From Deltaproteobacteria bacterium UBA2957 (GTDB lineage Bacteria; Myxococcota_A; UBA796): a DNA stretch of 38,950 bases. The notes beneath the pieces were generated by a model. It saw only the letters and a program-made list of their open reading frames with translations. It did not search any database and was not told the DNA's origin. The stretch is from NCBI GenBank assembly GCA_002348535.1, contig DEBL01000088.1, forward strand, positions 1 to 38,950, read 5' to 3'. This document shows, one piece after another, positions 24,086-33,530 of this stretch. Every line of letters begins with the position of its first letter. The first letter of the stretch is position 1. The position numbers and the translations under genes are program-made.

Positions 24086-25264
24086 ATGAAATTTCGCTTC
24101 TACTATGACGTTGTGTGTCCTTATGCCTACTTGGCGAGCCTGCGTGTCGAGGCCATGGCTGAGCGAACGCGAGCCCAGATCGAGTGGTGCCCAATCCTGC
24201 TGGGTGGTCTGTACCGGCATCACGAAACGGCGGACATCCCCGCGGAATCATGGGCGGAATCCAAGGTGGCGATCGGTGCAGCAGACCTCCTTCGTGAAGC
24301 GAGCGGTCACGGGGCACCCTTTTCTCCGAACCCCCTTCACCCCCAGCGCACCGTGTCCGCAATGAGGCTCCTGACCTTGGCGCAGGGCTCCACTCGCATT
24401 GCGCTGACCAAGGCGCTGTACACGGCCTACTGGGTAGACGGCAAAGATCTCAATGACGAGATCGTGTTGAACCAACTGGCTGAGCAGCACGGGCTCACCA
24501 TGGACGCTGCCCGATCACAGACCACCAAAGATCAGCTGCGCGCGGCCACCGCCAGTGCAGCAGCCAAAGGGGTCTTTGGCGTTCCCACGTTTGAGATCGA
24601 GGGAGAACTATGGTGGGGGCAAGACCGCATGCACCTCGTCGAACGAGCCCTCGGGGGAACGGACCACTACATGCCGCTGGTGACGAACCCAACGGTCAAG
24701 CGCATTGAATTTTTCCATGACTTCTCGAGTCCATATTCGTACATCGGCGCCATGCAGATGAACAGACTCGCCGCCGAGTGGGGTGTTGAAATCGATTGGA
24801 AACCCATGCTCTTGGGTGCCCTCTTTCATACGATTGGAACCCCCAACATTCCGATTTTCAGTTTTGGCGAAGCGCGAAGAGCTTACTTGATGAAGGACTT
24901 GCTGGACTGGGCCACGTGGTGGGGCATTGACTTCAACTTCAGTCCGCACTTCCCGATTCGCTCCGTCATGGCCTGCAGAGTGGCGATCATCGACCCCAAC
25001 ACAACCGAGTCCATGTACGCTGCGGCATGGGTGGACGGGGTCGATCTCAACGATGCGGATGCATTGATTCGTTTGCTCAACGATGCCGGATTCGACGGCG
25101 AAGCCCTCGTTGATGGGACCCAAGATCCCGCCATCAAGGCCGTCCTCCGTGCCAACACAGAGCGCGCCGCAGCAATCGGCGCCTGCGGTGCGCCGACCGT
25201 CGCTGTGGGGAACACCGTATTTTGGGGACAAGACCGCCTCAATCGTGTCGCTGAATCCCTGTGA
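24086..25264 (+). CDS. Tandem-fused DsbA-like 2-hydroxychromene-2-carboxylate isomerase / GST-kappa family protein
   Basis: Two ~190-aa repeats are present. Repeat 1 reads FRFYYDVVCPYAYLA...WCPILLGGLY...FGVPTFEIEGELWWGQDR. Repeat 2 reads IEFFHDFSSPYSYIG...WKPMLLGALF...CGAPTVAVGNTVFWGQDR. Confidence 0.8.
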   Translation: MKFRFYYDVVCPYAYLASLRVEAMAERTRAQIEWCPILLGGLYRHHETADIPAESWAESKVAIGAADLLREASGHGAPFSPNPLHPQRTVSAMRLLTLAQGSTRIALTKALYTAYWVDGKDLNDEIVLNQLAEQHGLTMDAARSQTTKDQLRAATASAAAKGVFGVPTFEIEGELWWGQDRMHLVERALGGTDHYMPLVTNPTVKRIEFFHDFSSPYSYIGAMQMNRLAAEWGVEIDWKPMLLGALFHTIGTPNIPIFSFGEARRAYLMKDLLDWATWWGIDFNFSPHFPIRSVMACRVAIIDPNTTESMYAAAWVDGVDLNDADALIRLLNDAGFDGEALVDGTQDPAIKAVLRANTERAAAIGACGAPTVAVGNTVFWGQDRLNRVAESL

Positions 25265-25271
25265 ACGGTGC

Positions 25272-27269
25272 TTAGGCGCCGACCACCATTGCTTGCAGCT
25301 CCCGTATGAGATCCCGAATTTCGGCAGCCCGCTCAAACTCGAGTTTTGAAGCGGCGGTCTTCATCTGCTTGCGAAGGCGTTTGATCTCTTGCTCTGGGTC
25401 GGTGTCTTTGCGGCGCGCTACCTGCTGAGCCACCGAGGTGTTCTTGGCCACATTCAAACTGCCTGCGCGAAGAAGATCGTCGAGGGGCGACTCCACTGCC
25501 TTCTTGATGGTTTCTGGTGTGATGCCATGCTCCTCGTTGTATGCCGCTTGCTTGGCGCGTCGACGCGCCGTCTCATCCATCGCTGCAGCCATGGAGTCAG
25601 TTGTTCGTTCCGCATAGAGGATGACGCGACCGTGCACGTTACGGGCCGCGCGACCCATGGTCTGAATGAGGCTGGTCCGGTTGCGAAGAAACCCCTCTTT
25701 GTCCGCATCGAGAATCGCAACCAACGCGACTTCAGGGATGTCCAGACCCTCGCGCAGCAAGTTGATTCCGACCAACACGTCAAACTCGCCCTGCCGAAGA
25801 TCGCGAATGATCTCCATGCGTTCGAGGGTGTCGATGTCGGAATGGAGATACCGAACCTTGATGCCGAGGTCGCGGTAATAGTCGGTCAACTCTTGTGCCA
25901 TTCGCTTCGTGAGGACCGTGACCAACGCACGCTCCCCGCGTTCCGCAATGCCCCGCAACTCCGCAAGCAAATCGTCCACTTGATGATCGATGGGGCGGAC
26001 CTCTACAGTCGGGTCCAGCAACCCAGTAGGTCGGATAATTTGTTCCACCACCACACCTTCGGCACGCTCAAGTTCATGGTCCCTCGGTGTGGCGGACACA
26101 TAGACAACTTGATGGAGCATGCTTTCGAACTCCTCAAATTTGAGCGGCCGATTATCGAGCGCAGATGGCAGACGAAATCCGTGGTCAACAAGGGTTTCTT
26201 TCCGGCTTCGGTCGCCCTTGAACATGCCACCGATCTGGGGGACACTGACGTGACTCTCATCGATCAACATCAACCACTCGGACGGGAAGAATTCGATCAG
26301 CGTCGGAGGCGGTTCCCCTGGTTCCCGGCCAGAGAGGTGACGGCTGTAGTTTTCAATGCCCTTGCACCGACCGGTCTCTCGAATCAACTCAAGGTCAAAC
26401 GCCGTGCGTTCTTCCAGCCGCTGCGCCTCGAGCAGCTTGCCAAAGGAATTCAACTCATACAGGCAGTCTTTGAGTTCCATATCGATGGCATGCAGCGCCC
26501 GATCCATCTGGTCTTTTGGCGTCACGTAGTGGCTTGCCGGGTAGATCGCGACGGTCTCCAGCTCCTGCAGACGCTGTCCTCGAAGCGGATCCACTATGCT
26601 GATGCGCTCCACCTCATCGCCAAACAACTCGATCCGAATCGCCACCTCGTCTTCCGAGGCCGGAAAGACTTCGACTACATCGCCGCGGACCCGAAACGTA
26701 CCCCGATGAAAGTCATGGTCGTTCCTCGAATACAGAATCTCTACAAGCGCGCGGAGAAGCTTGCTCCGTGGCCACTCTTGGCCAACATCGATCCGAACCA
26801 ACATTCCATCGTAGGCTTCTTTGGAGCCGAGGCCGTAGATGCAGCTCACAGAGCTCACGATGATGACATCTTTCCGCTCGAGCAACGACTTCGTTGCCCG
26901 ATGGCGAAGCTTATCGATGTGCTCGTTGATCAGCAGGTCTTTCTGGATGTACGTGTCGGTCGAGGGAACGTATGCTTCCGGCTGGTAGTAATCGTAGTAG
27001 CTGACAAAATACTCAACCGCATTGTTGGGAAACAGACCCTTCAGTTCGCCGTACAACTGGGCAGCGAGAGTTTTATTGTGGCTGAGCACAAGGGTTGGCT
27101 TGTCGGCGTGCGCAATCAAGTGCGCCATGGTGAAGGTCTTTCCCGTGCCGGTGGCGCCGAGCAAAACTTGATGGTGCACGCCTTGGTCGAGCCCCGAGCA
27201 CAATTGAGCGATGGCTTGGGGCTGGTCGCCCGCGGGCGTGTATTGGGAAACCAAGTCAAACCGACCCAT
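25272..27269 (-). CDS. uvrB: Excinuclease ABC subunit B
   Basis: The sequence reads [10 protein letters not shown], with Walker [13 protein letters not shown], the helicase C-terminal motifs and the C-terminal UVR domain [18 protein letters not shown]. Confidence 0.97.
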   Translation of the reverse strand: MGRFDLVSQYTPAGDQPQAIAQLCSGLDQGVHHQVLLGATGTGKTFTMAHLIAHADKPTLVLSHNKTLAAQLYGELKGLFPNNAVEYFVSYYDYYQPEAYVPSTDTYIQKDLLINEHIDKLRHRATKSLLERKDVIIVSSVSCIYGLGSKEAYDGMLVRIDVGQEWPRSKLLRALVEILYSRNDHDFHRGTFRVRGDVVEVFPASEDEVAIRIELFGDEVERISIVDPLRGQRLQELETVAIYPASHYVTPKDQMDRALHAIDMELKDCLYELNSFGKLLEAQRLEERTAFDLELIRETGRCKGIENYSRHLSGREPGEPPPTLIEFFPSEWLMLIDESHVSVPQIGGMFKGDRSRKETLVDHGFRLPSALDNRPLKFEEFESMLHQVVYVSATPRDHELERAEGVVVEQIIRPTGLLDPTVEVRPIDHQVDDLLAELRGIAERGERALVTVLTKRMAQELTDYYRDLGIKVRYLHSDIDTLERMEIIRDLRQGEFDVLVGINLLREGLDIPEVALVAILDADKEGFLRNRTSLIQTMGRAARNVHGRVILYAERTTDSMAAAMDETARRRAKQAAYNEEHGITPETIKKAVESPLDDLLRAGSLNVAKNTSVAQQVARRKDTDPEQEIKRLRKQMKTAASKLEFERAAEIRDLIRELQAMVVGA

Positions 27270-28463
27270 TCAGCTTCTCCGAGGGCTGTTGATTGCCACC
27301 ACTACGCAGAGAACTCCCAGTCCCATGAGGCCGAAGAACTTGGATTCTTGCAGCACCCAATGGAAATTCGGGACCGATTGTTGGAGGGGGCGGAGCCAGT
27401 ACAGCGGCCACGCAGTGAAAAAATACGACGCCATGCCGAATCCCCAACCCCAACGGCCCAGTCGACCTTCCATCAGTGCCGTTCCGACCACAACTGCCGG
27501 AAACATCGCCATCACCAAGTGATGCTCATAGGTGTAAACGGGCGTCACCAATAGCAAGACTGTCAGCGCACCGAATACGGCAGCGGTTCCGAGGCGGTCA
27601 CGGGACCTGCGCGCAACCCAAACAATGGGAACCAATAACGCCAGCGTACAGGCCTTTGCTGCCCGGCCCGCGGCCAAAGAGAGCGTATGTGCATCGGGAC
27701 CGGGCCACAGCTGATTGAACAAGTCCGGTATTGAATGGTTCGCCGGCAACCCGATTCGAACCGTCAGTCCATGGTAGTTCCCTGTTGAGAAGCCTGGAAG
27801 GACCTCGGTATAGAACCGTATCTGTGTCGCCGCATCAATCCATGGGAGCGCCATCAGTGTCGAAATGACCGCCACCGCCACCGCCATCGCAATGGGGCGA
27901 ATGGCACCCCGGGCGGCCCATCCGGCAAGGTACAACGCAGGCGACATCTTTGCCATGGCAGCCACGCCAACCAGCGCCCCGTTCTTGAGCCACAGTCCGG
28001 CCACAGCAGCCGCCAAGACCATCAAGTTGGCTTGACCCATCTTGGCATTGTCAGTGATTGGGGTGAAGGTCAACAACAAGGCCCCCAGAATCACCCAAGG
28101 GGCCCGGAACCACCGGCGAAACATCGCTAGACACAGCAACACCAACCCTTGATTCAGCCAGAACCACACCCGATAGCTTGTGGGCAAGTCAAAGGTAGGA
28201 GACCACATGACAGAGAGCAGAAACGGCGGCGGATAGAAATAGGGATGCACACTTTTCCGCGTCCCTTCTGTCCGCGCCCGTTTTGAGAGCCGCTTTGTGG
28301 CATACGGGTCGCCACCGTCGAGAACCTCAGCGGCCGCGTAATGGTAGGTCGCAAAGTCTCGTCCGTGCTTGGCGTTGCGAACCTTGGTCCACGCGGGCGT
28401 CACGCTTACGCCCACATAGGCCAATAAGACTGCAAACAATAGCATCAGACTCGGACGTCGCAT
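27270..28463 (-). CDS. DUF2029 / GT87-family polytopic membrane glycosyltransferase-like protein
   Basis: ATG 28463 is preceded by AAGGGGG. The N-terminal loop HGRDFATYHYAAAEVLDGGDPY...HPYFYPPPFLL is characteristic of DUF2029/GT87, and about 10 TM segments follow. Its stop abuts the uvrB start codon (27270/27269). Confidence 0.75.
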   Translation of the reverse strand: MRRPSLMLLFAVLLAYVGVSVTPAWTKVRNAKHGRDFATYHYAAAEVLDGGDPYATKRLSKRARTEGTRKSVHPYFYPPPFLLSVMWSPTFDLPTSYRVWFWLNQGLVLLCLAMFRRWFRAPWVILGALLLTFTPITDNAKMGQANLMVLAAAVAGLWLKNGALVGVAAMAKMSPALYLAGWAARGAIRPIAMAVAVAVISTLMALPWIDAATQIRFYTEVLPGFSTGNYHGLTVRIGLPANHSIPDLFNQLWPGPDAHTLSLAAGRAAKACTLALLVPIVWVARRSRDRLGTAAVFGALTVLLLVTPVYTYEHHLVMAMFPAVVVGTALMEGRLGRWGWGFGMASYFFTAWPLYWLRPLQQSVPNFHWVLQESKFFGLMGLGVLCVVVAINSPRRS

Positions 28464-28474
28464 GAGCCCCCTTA

Positions 28475-28927
28475 TCAAACCAAGATTCGAGAAAACGACA
28501 CTTCCATAATTTCCTCAGCCTCCGCATCCACCAACAGCACACGGTGAGGATCAAAGGCGAGTCGATACTCCAGCAACTGGCGACGCGTCGGCGGAAACAA
28601 CGGATCCGTTGCTTTCTCTCCAGTTTTCACCTCTGCAATGAATCGCTCGCCATCGCGTTCGACCAGAAGATCGGCTCGGATCTCGAATTCTTCTTCCTCG
28701 CCATCCACCTCCATCCACCAGATGCAGCGAACTTGCCTGTCGAGAATCTCAAATCCCGCATCCTCGAGAACGCGCTCGGCGTGTCGCTCACCGGCCCCTG
28801 CACGTTGCGCCCGCGCCACGGCTCGGCGGTGGCCCCGACGCACCAATCGTCGAAGCTTTAGCCACAACCACGCAATGCCGATGCAAAGGGCGACAATGAT
28901 CCATAGTTCAGGTGACACGGTGGGCAT
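28475..28927 (-). CDS. Membrane-anchored PD-(D/E)xK nuclease-fold protein, YraN/UPF0102-like
   Basis: ATG 28927. There is one N-terminal TM segment (PELWIIVALCIGIAWLWL). GERHAERVLEDAGFEIL...IRADLLVERDGERFIAEVKTG follows and parallels YraN GE..A..YL...G..IL...GEIDLI..DG..LVFVEVKTR. Confidence 0.55.
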   Translation of the reverse strand: MPTVSPELWIIVALCIGIAWLWLKLRRLVRRGHRRAVARAQRAGAGERHAERVLEDAGFEILDRQVRCIWWMEVDGEEEEFEIRADLLVERDGERFIAEVKTGEKATDPLFPPTRRQLLEYRLAFDPHRVLLVDAEAEEIMEVSFSRILV

Positions 28928-28962
28928 CCAACGACCTAACGCTTCAGTGTTACAACGGCGCC

Positions 28963-29958
28963 ATGAACCCTTCCCGCGCAATTGGCATCTTGGTTCCAAC
29001 CCATGGGTCCAAACCCTCGGCGTCGCCCGAACAGCGCCCCATCGGGCGCGCTGCACTGATGCTGGCTGAGGAAGGTATCGATGTGATTTTCGGTGACCGA
29101 CTCCGAAACGGTCACATCAGCGGATTCCGTGTCCGTCCTGGCCAATGGGAGGCCGCTGTCGATGTTCCGTTGAACGGAATTCACGATCGCTTCCCAAGCC
29201 AACTCCGGTCGGTACGATTCAATGAACTCATGAACGAGCGAAATGGCGTCCCCATGGCGAATCCACTGGCGTTCACGCTGTGGTGCCGAGACAAACTGAC
29301 TTGCCAGCGCGATCTTGAAGACATCGGAATAACGATGCCCACCGTCACGGGAGACCCAGACCGATTTGAAGCATCGCTCGCTGAATGGTCTCACGGGTTT
29401 TTGAAACCGCGATACGGCGCGCTTGGAATCGGAGTTCATCGAGCATCCCTTGGCGATGAACTGCCGCACCACCTCGAGGGGGTCGTTCCCGGACGTCCCG
29501 ATCCTGCAATTTTGCAGGCAGCCGTCGAGCCCCCTCCTGGCTGGGCGTCTCGCACCGTTCGTGTATTGCTTCAACGCACTGCGGATGGCGGATGGATCCA
29601 GGGGTGCCCGGTGGTTCGGCAAAGCCGCTCTGACTTTGTGGCCAATGCAGCCCAAGGAGCGGAGGTCGTCTCGGGAGCCACGGCTCTGACTGATTCATGC
29701 CGATCGATGATCCACACCGCCGTCGCAGAGCTTGCCGATGCTTTCGACCAACTTCCGGTAGCGAGGCGCATGGTTGAAGCCGGCATCGATCTGGCGCTCG
29801 ATCCCAATCTGAAACCCTGGATCATCGAAATCAATTCTCGGCCGCGCGGCCGATTGGAAGTGCTGGCTCGCAGCGATCCTGCTCGTTTTGCCAAGGCACA
29901 TATCGAAGCGTGCGCTCGACCAATCCGAGTCTTGGCTCACGGGTGGTCTGAGGACTGA
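28963..29958 (+). CDS. ATP-grasp fold protein, YheC/YheD-like
   Basis: ATG 28963 gives MNPSRAIGILV. FLKPRYGALGIGVHR and the C-terminal VEAGIDLALDPNLKPWIIEINSRPRG match the ATP-grasp / YheCD pattern (ElGiD...WllEvNskPg). Confidence 0.6.
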   Translation: MNPSRAIGILVPTHGSKPSASPEQRPIGRAALMLAEEGIDVIFGDRLRNGHISGFRVRPGQWEAAVDVPLNGIHDRFPSQLRSVRFNELMNERNGVPMANPLAFTLWCRDKLTCQRDLEDIGITMPTVTGDPDRFEASLAEWSHGFLKPRYGALGIGVHRASLGDELPHHLEGVVPGRPDPAILQAAVEPPPGWASRTVRVLLQRTADGGWIQGCPVVRQSRSDFVANAAQGAEVVSGATALTDSCRSMIHTAVAELADAFDQLPVARRMVEAGIDLALDPNLKPWIIEINSRPRGRLEVLARSDPARFAKAHIEACARPIRVLAHGWSED

Positions 29959-29960
29959 CC

Positions 29961-29992
29961 CGGCTCCGAAACGCCCCCGAATGGGGCCGAGC
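29961..29992. terminator. GC-rich hairpin between convergent genes (possible bidirectional terminator; no U-tract)
   Basis: GGCTC (29961-29965) pairs with GAGCC (29988-29992). An inner CCCC(GAAT)GGGG stem-loop lies at 29974-29985. Confidence 0.3.
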
Positions 29993-30005
29993 CAGCCCTC
30001 ATGGT

Positions 30006-30668
30006 TTAGTCGTCGATCAACACCCGATCGACAACCTGCCGGACCTGCGTTCCCGGGTCCACAAACCGCACCCCTGCAATTTTGTGGCCGGGCGCACAGC
30101 CCCGACGAGAGACGTGGCGAACCTCAACAGTCACAACCACGCCTTGGTGTTCAGGAGTTTCCAGCCACACCGTCATTCGGCGACCCACCCACAGGCCGAC
30201 CAATCGCGGATCGAATTGAACTGCAGCGCCCCCGCTCGACAGATCAATGAGTGTGAAAGGCTGGATGCCCTGATTTGTCATCATCGCCATCCGCAATCCA
30301 ACGTCGCCACGCACCGGGCGGCGTTCTTGTACGCGAGGTGTCCGTCGCTGGACCATTCGCGGCCTCGACAGTTTCCAGACGCCCGGTTCCGACTGCCCGA
30401 GAATCCGCGAGAAAAAAAGCAGTCGATCATCTCGAAAGCGATAGTCCACCCGAACGGACTGTCCAGCCTCAATTCGAGCCACTCGACTGAGTGTTCCGGG
30501 ACGCCCAACAAAGGCCAGCCCCGTTGGCTGCTCCAAGACGTCGAAACTCCCCGGTACTTGGAGGTAGTTGGAGGTCAGACATGCCGCAGTGACATCGTAT
30601 GCGATGGTCTGGAGATGCCGCGTTACGGACCGAGCCTTAGTGATGTGGGGAACTGTCAGTGAGTTCAT
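30006..30668 (-). CDS. PilZ-domain c-di-GMP receptor, YcgR-like (PilZN + PilZ)
   Basis: ATG 30668 follows GGAAGG. The RxxxR motif (QERRPVRGD) and DxSxxG motif (LIDLSSGGAAV) are both present, in the C-terminal half. Confidence 0.8.
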   Translation of the reverse strand: MNSLTVPHITKARSVTRHLQTIAYDVTAACLTSNYLQVPGSFDVLEQPTGLAFVGRPGTLSRVARIEAGQSVRVDYRFRDDRLLFFSRILGQSEPGVWKLSRPRMVQRRTPRVQERRPVRGDVGLRMAMMTNQGIQPFTLIDLSSGGAAVQFDPRLVGLWVGRRMTVWLETPEHQGVVVTVEVRHVSRRGCAPGHKIAGVRFVDPGTQVRQVVDRVLIDD

Positions 30669-30761
30669 GAACCTTCCGTGCTGCCACATCTGGAAACGGA
30701 ATGGGCCGCGTCGACCATGAGTAGTCAAGCAAAAAAAATCTCGATTCGGTAGGCTGGATTC

Positions 30762-31709
30762 ATGGTTGGACTTCTCCTGTTCGCTGCAGTCTCGGTTACC
30801 AACGGTGAGCCGCGCGTGGTCAAGGGTGATGACGCTATGGCGGTTCATCTGCTATCGGAAGGGCCTCTTGCCGAACGACTGGCGCCCCCGGATGATGCAG
30901 AGTGGGCATTGTTTTACGCCGGCGAACAGCGCGGTGATTTGGCCCCCTGCGGGTGCTCAACCCGGCCACGGGGCGGACTGCCACGAGCCGCAACCGTACT
31001 CTCAGCGTCGAATGCAAAACTGTTTGTGAATCTGGGAGGATGGCTCGACGGGGGAACTGGACTCGATGGAAACCCGATTCCGGAGGCAGAACTCAAGAAT
31101 CAGTGGATGATCCGAGGGCTTACACTGGTCGCACCCGCAGCAGTCCACGTGAGCTTCGAAGATCTTCTGGGTCTCCCGCCGATCTTGGGTGACGCACACG
31201 CGCTTCCTCTGCTCAGCTCAAACCTGCACGGACCCGGCATCGAGCCGGTCGTGTACGCCAGCCACAACGACTTGCGATTTGCGTTCATTGGCATCTCCCA
31301 CCCGGGCGCCAAGAACCTCGTCACTCCAAATTATGAGCGACTCGATCCGTATCAGGCTGGGGTCCAAGCGCTCGAGAGCATTCCCGATTCGGTCGATCGC
31401 GTTGTGCTGTTGAACCACGGCGCCACGTCGGCCGCTCGACGACTGGCCAAGACCGGACGGATCGACCTCGTGATCGATACACACAAACATCGAAGCCTCG
31501 ATGCACCTTTCAAGGTCGGCGATGCCATATGGATCCGGTCGCATGAGCGGGGCCTTCGGCTGGGCGAAATTCGCGTCGGTCCATCCGGTGTCACGGACCG
31601 AAAAATCGATCTCGACGACTCCATTCCCAGCGATCCCGCGGCGCAGGCCGTGGCCGATGATGCATCCGAAGCAGTCGACGCGCTTCGCAAACGACTATTC
31701 GGCCCCTAA
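30762..31709 (+). CDS. Metallophosphatase-fold (5'-nucleotidase N-domain-like) protein with non-canonical motifs
   Basis: The order of blocks parallels the UshA-type N-domain: FYAGEQRGDLAPCGC...GGLPRAATVL...NLGGWLDGG...HVSFEDLLG...LLSSNL...FAFIGISHP...VVLLNHG...IDLVIDTHKH. The alignment was made by eye only. Confidence 0.5.
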   Translation: MVGLLLFAAVSVTNGEPRVVKGDDAMAVHLLSEGPLAERLAPPDDAEWALFYAGEQRGDLAPCGCSTRPRGGLPRAATVLSASNAKLFVNLGGWLDGGTGLDGNPIPEAELKNQWMIRGLTLVAPAAVHVSFEDLLGLPPILGDAHALPLLSSNLHGPGIEPVVYASHNDLRFAFIGISHPGAKNLVTPNYERLDPYQAGVQALESIPDSVDRVVLLNHGATSAARRLAKTGRIDLVIDTHKHRSLDAPFKVGDAIWIRSHERGLRLGEIRVGPSGVTDRKIDLDDSIPSDPAAQAVADDASEAVDALRKRLFGP

Positions 31710-32593
31710 AAAACCCAGTAGATACCGATGTGAGGCAGCGGAAGGAACGGCATCTCTGGCACCCATGCTTCCCAAGCACGGACATGCAAGTTGGACGCTT
31801 GGTCGTCGACCAACTCTGCCAAATCATCGTCCGCTATGGGGAGAGGGTTTCCGGGCACCACTACATTCACGCCCAGCGCGAGTCGTGCCCGTTCGCCCAT
31901 CCGAGACACATAGGTTGGGTGAAACTCGCCGTACCAACTGCCCCCGTTGACGATGTTGAGCGGGTGAACCCGTATCACCGTATTCATGCTGCTTTGCTCT
32001 GAAAGCTGATGTTCGTAGCCCACCACAATCGGAACCCGTATGCCGTGAAAGATCCAACCGGGTTGGAAATCGTTTTCGCCAATGTCTGTCACCGCATGCC
32101 CAAACACCGCTGGCGCGCGTGTGAGGGTCAGCGAATACCACCAGTCACCACCAAAGCCTCGCCGTGGGTCGTACTCACTCGAGAACTGAAACGTCACCTT
32201 CAAATGATCGTAAATCGCTCCAGCACCGAGGTTTAATCGCCCTTTCTCGCCCACACGCATCGAGTGCCGAAGCATGGCACCCGCCGAATACGACGGAAAC
32301 CCCATAGTGGCCCATGGCCACTCGGCCCACACCAGCGGCTCGAGGCTCAACGCAGCGTCGTCCGTCTGCATGACGGCCCACTTCAACTGCGCATTGAACC
32401 CAAAGAACTGCCCCACCAAGCGGGTTCGCAGGTCAAGGGTGTCTGTCAGGCCAAAGGAACTCTGACCAAGGCCCAGATGAACTTGAGAATTTCCCGCTCC
32501 CACGGTGTGTGCACTCTCGGGCATCTCATGAGCGTTCAACGCCCACGTGGGAAACGACACAAACAGAAAAGTAAGGAACACTACAACACGCAT
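31706..32593 (-). CDS. Outer-membrane beta-barrel protein, unknown family
   Basis: The signal peptide is MRVVVFLTFLFVSFPTWALNA. The body shows alternating amphipathic beta-strand patterns and the C-terminus is ...HIGIYWVF. Confidence 0.6.
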   Translation of the reverse strand: MRVVVFLTFLFVSFPTWALNAHEMPESAHTVGAGNSQVHLGLGQSSFGLTDTLDLRTRLVGQFFGFNAQLKWAVMQTDDAALSLEPLVWAEWPWATMGFPSYSAGAMLRHSMRVGEKGRLNLGAGAIYDHLKVTFQFSSEYDPRRGFGGDWWYSLTLTRAPAVFGHAVTDIGENDFQPGWIFHGIRVPIVVGYEHQLSEQSSMNTVIRVHPLNIVNGGSWYGEFHPTYVSRMGERARLALGVNVVVPGNPLPIADDDLAELVDDQASNLHVRAWEAWVPEMPFLPLPHIGIYWVF

Positions 32594-32668
32594 GGCCGTC
32601 TCCCGAGAGTGAACGCTACCAGCGAAGCTTTGACTTCGTCAACGGGCATGTAATTGGGTCAGCGCCGT

Positions 32669-32938
32669 TCAGCCGTCGTCGCCGATCGCCTCGACGGGGC
32701 AGTTCTCCAGTGCTTCGTAGCACTCTTCGAGTTCGTCCTCGGAGTCGGGCTGCTTGTAACAAATGTCGTGATCTTCATCGTCGCTCATTCGGAAGTTGTT
32801 GGGCGCAGCATCCCCGCACACCGAGCATAAGATGCACTCTTTGTCGACATAGAACGAGACTGTCTGACCATTGATGGTGACACTCCCACCGATGTTGTCT
32901 TCCCATTTCTCTTCTTTCTCGGCCAACTTGGTCTCCAA
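32669..32938 (-). CDS. Small [4Fe-4S]/[3Fe-4S] ferredoxin with acidic N-terminal extension
   Basis: CILCSVCGD (CxxCxxC) is followed by the distal ENCPVEAI (CP) motif. The protein is strongly acidic. Confidence 0.8.
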   Translation of the reverse strand: METKLAEKEEKWEDNIGGSVTINGQTVSFYVDKECILCSVCGDAAPNNFRMSDDEDHDICYKQPDSEDELEECYEALENCPVEAIGDDG

Positions 32939-33014
32939 CCGAACCGATATGCTCCGTTCGCCTTTCGATTGTTACCCAGACGGCATTCCATTGGCAACAT
33001 GATAGACCGATCCT

Positions 33015-33530
33015 ATGGCCATTCTAAAAGTAGCTCGCATGGGTAATCCGGTCCTCCGCCGGGTTGCCGACCCCATACCTCCAGACGAAATTTCCAGTGC
33101 CCCAGTCCAGCGATTGATCCGGGACATGCTGGACACGGTCATCGAATACGACGGGGTTGGACTCGCCGCACCGCAGGTCCACCAGAGCGTTCGCATTGTG
33201 TTGCTGACCTTCGACCCGGAGGAGGGATTTGAGGTCTGGATCAACCCTGTGTTGACTCCCACCACGGATGAGACTGCGGTCAACACAGAGGGATGTTTGA
33301 GCATTCCGGGCCTTCGCGGCGAGGTGCGGCGCCCCGCTGGCGTTCATGTGACGGGCTACGACCATTTGGGAAATCAGTTTGAACGCGAACTCGATGGATT
33401 TCCTGCGGTGGTGGCCCAGCATGAATGCGATCACTTGGATGGCGTGCTCTACGTCGACAAGGTCGACCACCACAGCCTCAGCTTCCTTGAGGAGTGGCGC
33501 CGATTCCGGACGACGGAGGATCAAGATTGA
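33015..33530 (+). CDS. def: Peptide deformylase
   Basis: GVGLAAPQV, EGCLSIPG and QHECDHLDG are the three deformylase motifs. Confidence 0.95.
   Translation: MAILKVARMGNPVLRRVADPIPPDEISSAPVQRLIRDMLDTVIEYDGVGLAAPQVHQSVRIVLLTFDPEEGFEVWINPVLTPTTDETAVNTEGCLSIPGLRGEVRRPAGVHVTGYDHLGNQFERELDGFPAVVAQHECDHLDGVLYVDKVDHHSLSFLEEWRRFRTTEDQD

Noticed and set aside
25389-27554. A 721-aa ORF on the plus strand covering almost the whole uvrB locus.
   Set aside because: It is antisense to an unmistakable uvrB. Its translation is Arg/His/Gln-rich with no motifs. Long stop-free antisense frames are expected in GC-rich coding DNA.
28912-28962. N-terminal extension of the ATP-grasp ORF that overlaps the divergent nuclease gene start.
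   Set aside because: The extension (MTRWASNDLTLQCYNGA) overlaps the opposite gene's start codon region. ATG 28963 gives the family-typical N-terminus ...AIGILV.
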